Shown piece by piece: positions 58,199-64,000 of a DNA stretch of 64,000 bases. A program made the translations under genes and the position numbers. Every line of letters starts with the position of its first letter. Positions within the stretch are counted from its first letter, which is position 1. The stretch comes from the human T2T-CHM13v2.0 reference genome, Homo sapiens, in assembly GCF_009914755.1 (NCBI RefSeq), contig NC_060936.1; one strand, 5' to 3'. The notes under the pieces are model-generated. The model did no database searches. It was not told the DNA's origin and worked only from the letters and a program-made list of their open reading frames with translations.

Positions 58199-58574
58199 CA
58201 GTGGCTCTCAACCGGGGGTGATTGTACCCCTGAGGGACATTCTTGATTGTTCCAAATGAGGGCAGGTGCTATTAGCACCTAGGAAATGGAGGCCAGAGAT
58301 GCTGCTAAACATCCTAGAATGTACAGGACAGCTCCCGCGACAAGGATCATTCAGCCCCACCTGGCGCAGTGGCTCATTCCTGTGATGCCGCTATTCGGGA
58401 GGCTGAGGCAGGAGAAGTGCTTGAGCCCAGGACTTGGAAGCTGCAGTGCGTCATGATCACACTGCTGCTGCACTCCAGCCTGGGTAACAGAGTGAGACCT
58501 TGTCTCCCCCCAGTTTTTTTTTTTAAAGGAAGTCTTCAGCCCAATGTCAATAGTGCCCAGGTTGAGAGGCTCTG
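58199..58574. mobile_element. MER20 hAT-Charlie element, interrupted by an Alu monomer
   Basis: cagtggctctcaaccggggg...gaggccagagatgctgctaaacatcct...aatgtcaatagtgcccaggttgagag; flanks atctaatc and gtctaatt. Confidence 0.88.
58360..58506 (+). mobile_element. Free Alu monomer (FRAM/AluJ right arm)
   Basis: Single arm ending cactccagcctgggtaacagagtgagaccttgtctc. Confidence 0.85.
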
Positions 58575-59239
58575 GTCTAATTCAACCTTCCCCAGCCTCA
58601 ATGGCAGCTCAGGGGATTACACCAAACTTACCCTTTAACGTGAATTCTTTCAGGGCCCCCAGTAAATGGAAACTTTATCTCCTTCTCATCTCAGAATCTA
58701 CAACCTGGTGGCCAGTTTAGCAACATGTGATTCTTTTTTAACACCCCCCGTTTCTAAGAGGAAAATCAAAACAAAACCCTCCAAATAAATTGCGGGAAAA
58801 ATAAAAGGATATTTCTGATGTTTTTCTAGGCTTTTCATCCTTTTTAAAACGGGGGCGAGGGGGAGGTCAAGTGGCAGCTGAGGAATAAAAACAAGTATTC
58901 AAAAGCATCAGCGACCCAAAGTCCGCAGAAAATCAAAACGAACCCAGCTCTCAGTGTGCGTAATTACAGGTACAATCAAGTAATGAAAGGTTTATTAGTT
59001 TAATGTGATTCCATCAAGTACCAAAAAGCGGGAAGGAGTGGGAGAAAGAAAGAAAATGGATATGAAAGAGGGGAGGGAGAGACATGAAAGAGGAATATGA
59101 GTGGGCAGAGATGGCGAAATTAAAATGCATCTTTATTTAAACTGCACGTCCTGGATGTTGAACCAGAGTTGGTCCAAGGCAGCTGCAGAGGAGCCAACCT
59201 GAGCGCCTTCTGCAAAACATATGCCTTTGCAGTCATCCA

Positions 59240-59822
59240 GTGGATGATTTTTTAAGACTATGCACTTGACCCTGTTTTGGGCTATGGGGACTCAGCGATG
59301 AATGAAATAGACAAAAATTCTCCTCTTCCCCACTCTACCCCCTGGAACTTACATTCAAGTGGGGAGAATAGACATTCAATGAATTAACAAGTCAAATGCA
59401 CTGTATTATTACACAGAGAAATATAAAGCAGGGAAGCGGGATAGGAAGTGCCAGGGATGGGAGAAGCACTGGAATTTTAGAGCAGGTGGCCAAGCAAAGA
59501 CTGGAATGGAAGGACATAAAGGAATGAGCCAAGGGCAGACGTGGGGGAAGAACATTGCCAGTAGAGGGCAAAGGAAGTGAACGTGTCCTGGGGTAGGACA
59601 TGCCTGTGGAGAAATAGTGAGAAGGCCAGTGTGGTTGGACCAGAGCAAGGGGGAGGCAGCAGGAGATAAGGACAGACAGGTCATGGAAGCCAGATCCTGT
59701 AGAACCTTGGAGGGCACAGGAAGGTCTCTAGCTTTTATGTTGAGTGAGAAGGGAGCAAGGGGAGGGTTTTGAACAGAGGAGAGACACAGGATCACCCTAG
59801 CTGCTGAGCAAAGAGAGGGAAG
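59240..59822 (-). mobile_element. L2a-like region
   Basis: ggaacttacattcaagtgggg...ggggaagaacattgccag...aggccagtgtggttgga...gagggttttgaacagagga. Confidence 0.85.
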
Positions 59823-59933
59823 CAGGGCTGAGACCAGGACAAGGCAAGTTAGGCATGTAAGGAGCAAAATTTTAGAAGGCACCCACTCTCAGGGCATGCA
59901 GTGATTCACTTGTCTCTCTCTATCCCAGCCCTG
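59823..59933. mobile_element. MER96-like hAT MITE
   Basis: TIRs cagggctg and cagccctg; gcaaaattttagaaggcacccactctcaggg. Confidence 0.7.
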
Positions 59934-60090
59934 CAATGAAGGGTTATTTAGACCTTAAGGTAAAGACTCTGTGATGGACACAGACCATCCCCGTCAAGGA
60001 ATGCCCTGTTAGCAGACAGCATACAGCTATCAGCCTCTCCAGGGATGGCTCAAGGTGCAGAAAGCCATACCCTTTCTCAGGGTGTGTTTT

Positions 60091-60251
60091 CATTTTTTAT
60101 CTTTTTAAAATTTTAAGTTCTGGGATACATATACAGAACACGCAGGTTTGTTACATAGGTAAATGTGTGCCATGGTGGTTTGCTGCACCCATCAACCCAT
60201 CACCTAGGTATTAAACCCTGCATGCATTAACTATCCTGATGCTCTCCCTTT
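60091..60251 (-). mobile_element. L1PA 3' tip
   Basis: aagttctgggatacat...caggtttgttacataggtaaatgtgtgccatggtggtttgctgcaccc; TSD gggtgtgtttt. Confidence 0.9.
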
Positions 60252-60262
60252 GGGTGTGTTTT

Positions 60263-60818
60263 TAAATGTAGGCTTTATAGTTCTCATTATTATTATTATT
60301 CAGGTATGGCAAAGTCAAAAGATAGGAGGCCATTGAGTATTAAAAAGATACTTTGTTACTCACAGATCCCCAGTGTGGGAGCTTGTCATGCCAGCAGTGG
60401 CCACAGGGGAGCAGCACCAGGGATGTTCAGGAGGCAGAGGGAATGGGTGAAAAAGTAGGCAAGATCCTTGATTGCGGTTTCTGAAGGAAGAAACAGGTGA
60501 GGCAGGGTAAGCAGGCTTGGAATTGGCTCATTAGAATAACTTCAGTAGGTTCTGGGGCATAGCACTGTCCCTAGCTGTCTGGTACCTGGCCCTGTAGTGA
60601 TTAGGGTAGGTGGATAGTGGCCCATAGTGTGAGAGCCAATAAAGGAGGTGGTGGGGCCTGTGGGCTTTGGGCTGGTTGGTTTGCATATGAAAGCTGCACT
60701 TGAAGTCCACTCATTTACTCTATGAAGGAATTGACTGGCTTTAGGAGAGGCAGTCTCTCCAGAGTCAGCAAGGGTCCCAGGTGTGAAAATATGAGAATGA
60801 AAAGGCATGCTTAATACA
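60263..60818 (-). mobile_element. ERVL LTR (MER76-like)
   Basis: tttgttactcacagatccc...ggcagggtaagcaggctt...gtctggtacctggccctg...ggtttgcatatgaaag; family and strand from recalled consensus. Confidence 0.65.
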
Positions 60819-61299
60819 CAGTGGCCCACATCCAACGACCAATGCATGTAGGAGTATAGAGGCCTGGCCCTCCCAGCCCACATGGGACAAACCCAAAGGA
60901 GCCACTTCAGCTCCAGAGCTCCCCATGGGGTCATTGGGCCGAGGCTGCCATTGAACCCTCATCACAACTCGACTTCCCCATCTGCCTATTCCTGCTTCTT
61001 CTTTCCCTGAACTTCCACAGGCATAGATCCCCATGGCACTCCACAATAAATACCCTACAACCTAAACTCTGTCCCAGAGTCTGTCTGCTTCCTGGAAAAC
61101 CCAGCCTAGGACAACATGAGAGAAAAAAAAATGTGAAATATGTCCCCAAAACATCAGTGGGCAGATGGCGAGATGGCCAGAGAAGACAGTCATGGGGTGA
61201 ATTCCCAGCTCCATCCAGCCTGGCCCACTCCCTGGGGTCTCTCTCCTTGGTGACAATTCTGGGTCTTTCTCTCTCGCTCTCTCCTGCCATCTCTCTCTC

Positions 61300-61729
61300 C
61301 CTTTTTAAATTGTAAAGTATAACACATATACAGAAAAAATGTACAAGTCACACAGATATAGATCAGTAAATTATTACAAAGCGAACACCCAGGTCAAGAA
61401 AGAGAACATCAACTGCAACCCCCAAACACTCCACCATTCCACCTCCAACCAAAGGTAACCTTTTGTCTCTCCTGAGTTTTAACACCCTTATTTAGTTTGG
61501 CTTCTTTTGGAATTTTATACATTTGACCATAATGTCTATAGAGCACATATTCTTTGAGCTTGCTTCTCTCCCTCAAAATATATACAAAATGTGTATATGT
61601 GTGTTGTGTGCGTGAAATGTATCCATGTCACTGCAAGTAATTGTATTTGATTCATTTTTCATTGCTGTATAATATTCTATGATGGAACCATGGTATCCCA
61701 TTTTTCATTCTACTTTAATGGACATTGGG
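61300..61729 (-). mobile_element. L1ME/MD-like 3' region
   Basis: aagtataacacatatacagaaaa...cacccaggtcaagaaagagaacat...ttcatttttcattgctgtataatattc. Confidence 0.8.
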
Positions 61730-61925
61730 GTCAACAGGCATGTGGCAAAAGGGTTTCTCTAAACAGCCCGTAAACACTGGAAAAGAATGCTCAACATCAT
61801 TGGTTACCAGGAAAATATCACTTCAAACCAAATTCCTACCCACCAAATTCTGGTGGCTACTATCTACCCACCAGAAGGGCTAAAATTAAAAAGTCAGATA
61901 ATACCAAATGTTGGTAAGGATGTAG
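61730..61925 (+). mobile_element. L1M ORF2-end fragment in the opposite orientation
   Basis: gaaaagaatgctcaacatcatt...ggctaaaattaaaaag...aataccaaatgttggtaaggatgt. Confidence 0.75.
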
Positions 61926-62242
61926 TGCATTTGTGTTCATCTTTCACCAAGCCAAGCTGTGTGGTAACCAGGTTGCTAGGTGTGAAGTCAACCGTGTTCA
62001 TTACAACCAAAGGAAGCCAAGGGCAGCAGCAATTGCTTAGAGACTTCAAATAATCAAATTGCATTTTCATACAAACAAAGACACCAGGCAAATCCACTAG
62101 CCCTTCATTCTACCTTCTCAGCATCTCACCCAGCTTTCCCATTTAAAACAATAAACTCAAGCACAGTTGAATAAAGACATATATTTTGGCCTGAGCACCA
62201 AATCAAAGGGGTATGGGATGAATGTGCTGTCTCAGCCGCAGA

Positions 62243-62455
62243 TGCACACCTGAACCCTGAGTCTGGAGGCCAGGTGGGTGCACACCTGAACCCTGAGTCT
62301 GGAGGCCAGGTGGGTGCACGCCTGAACCCTGAGTCTGGAGGCCAGGTGGGTGTGCACCTGAACCCTGAGTCTGGAGACCAGGTGGGTGCACGCCTGAACC
62401 CTGAATCTACCAGGTGGGTGCACCCCTGAACCCTGATTCTGGAGGCCAGGTGGGT
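62243..62455. repeat. 36-bp minisatellite, 6 copies (copy 5 is 32 bp)
   Basis: Unit tgcacacctgaaccctgagtctggaggccaggtggg, head to tail. Confidence 0.97.
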
Positions 62456-63574
62456 ATATGAATCGTCACATCTCCTTGACATATCACCTGAATCAGAACC
62501 ACATAAAGTCTTGTCCAGGTCTAACTGTTCTATTAGACATCCAAGTGGCTTTCCAAAAATAAAAATAGCCTAAGAATTTACAGTGACACATGTTGAAATC
62601 CAAAAACCTAAAAGCCTACTGATGACGGCACTCCAGGTGGCTTGGAAATGGGTTTTTTTTTTTTCCTTCTTTTAATCTAAATCATGTTCCCAGACAGTGC
62701 CGAGACTGGTATAAATTCTCTTCTGCACTAATCTTTTATATACTTTTATGCTTGTCTGAGATGATTGAACATGACTCATTCATAGTTCTGTTTTCAACCA
62801 CTGCTGGTCTCTTCCAGTCAGCCACATCTGTTTTTTTGCAGTTAAAGTCTCCTTTTGTCTATCACTTAATTCTGCAGTGTTCTTAGGAGAAAGGGAGTCC
62901 ACAGCAAGGACTGGTCACATGCCAGCAACTGCCACACACAATAGTGGATCCCAGACCATCTGCTCTATTTATTGATGGTGATATGAAATGGGATGTCAGC
63001 TGAATGAGAACTGCCAGCTCCGCGGTGTAGACTGGTGGTTTTCAACTGTTTGTTTTTGTTGCAAACTCTTTCTTTCAAACAAAATTTAAATAAAACTTGT
63101 AAAAGGATTCCTGTTATGGAGTGGGGGAGGGATACACTCTCCCCTTTCCTCTCCAGAGAACTCCCAGAGTATCTTCTCTGAAACTGCAGTGCTCCAGGAA
63201 CATGCTTGACACCACCAGTGTAGACTAAGTTCATGGTATAGTAGCGGTTAACACAGGTTATCTCTAGGTGATTTTTATTTTCTTCTGCTTTTTCTGTATT
63301 TTAACTTATTTATGATGAACATGTATAACTCTGTAATCATAAAATAGATGGAATGTCTTACAGAATACTTGTATGATATTTTTTAAACACATTCTACAAA
63401 GCATCAAGCTAGTTTCTGGATATTGGCTGATAATCATTTGTGCTAATGTGTTCTGGGCACCATTCTTGGCATTGAAGATGCAGTAGTGAGCAAGACAGAT
63501 AGCAGCTGGCCTCAATGACCTGACATTTTAATGGTGGGAAGACAGGCATAGCAGTGTCCTGCCTACATGGCTCT

Positions 63575-64000
63575 GCAGGGACTCGCTTGGGGATTTGTGC
63601 TTTCCATCCCTGTAATCTGGAGTTCTGTAGGTCTAGCAGCTCTAGTACTCAGAGGGAAGAGGCTTCTCCAGAGGACAAAGTAATAATCCCACTATACTCA
63701 AATGGTAGCTGGCCCCCCGTGTCAGTTGGCCAGAAGGCAAAAAAAAAAAAGTAATCACTATGCTGGTGAAGGCAATTGATCATAATCATCATGAAGAAGC
63801 CAGCCTGCAGCCACATGATGGAGCCAGAGAGGTCCATGTATGGTGCTCAGCTGGTTCACTGAGCATCTCTTGCTATTCTCATGCCTAGAAGTAACTGTAA
63901 ATGGGCAATGCAGCCTGATCAGGACATGCAACCATGGCTCAGACCCCTCTCAGATGAGGGTCTGGGCCACTAGGTCAGCCACTTAGACCAGCAAAAGGAG
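63575..64000 (+). mobile_element. ERVL/MaLR internal sequence (MLT1-int-like), running off the window
   Basis: cttggggatttgtgctttcc...ggctcagacccctctcagatgagggtctggg...tagaccagca; degenerate dUTPase-like translation at 63751-63843. Confidence 0.7.

Larger units (their letters stand above)
59970..61113 (+). mobile_element. LTR16-like ERVL LTR, split by a MER76-like LTR and an L1PA fragment
   Basis: Left part 59970-60082; right part 60820-61113 ending caataaa...gtctgcttcctggaaaacccagcctaggaca. Confidence 0.7.

Noticed and set aside
62126-62482. Repetitive ORFs, or a CRISPR-like reading of the 36-bp repeat
   Set aside because: Units are head to tail with no unique spacers, there are no cas genes, and the context is primate. 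The ORFs stay open because the unit is 12 codons long.

Overview
This window is non-coding primate (human-like) genomic DNA, either intergenic or deep intronic. I can support no protein-coding exon, RNA gene, CpG island or CRISPR array. The longer ORFs fall in Alu, L2, LTR or tandem-repeat sequence. Well over half of the window is recognisable interspersed repeat: 22 dimeric Alus plus one monomer, many L1 3' fragments, L2 and MIR relics, MaLR/ERVL/ERV1 solo LTRs, and hAT DNA transposons (MER5, MER20, MER58, MER96 and a Zaphod-like transposase relic). These are often nested two or three deep. Subfamily names come from recalled consensus sequences and need RepeatMasker/Dfam confirmation, and boundaries of old elements are approximate. 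The most unusual directly visible signals are: (1) short insertions copied from nearby DNA, including an exact 33-bp inverted copy of 6489-6521 inside an Alu and a 38/40 direct copy of 6739-6778 inside an L2; (2) an AluJ with an apparent 3'-transduced segment ending in TTTTT inside its target-site duplication; (3) an old local duplication of non-repeat-looking DNA (50.85-51.1 kb vs 53.8-55.3 kb); (4) two clear and one possible 5'-inverted (twin-primed) L1s; (5) repeat-free islands with HOX/CDX, TCF and MEIS motif clusters, plus a perfect estrogen response element near a G-quadruplex/GC-box tract; and (6) a 36-bp minisatellite rich in E-boxes. I found no evidence for a new gene-encoded system. 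The candidate novelties are DNA-repair or retrotransposition scars and putative enhancers.
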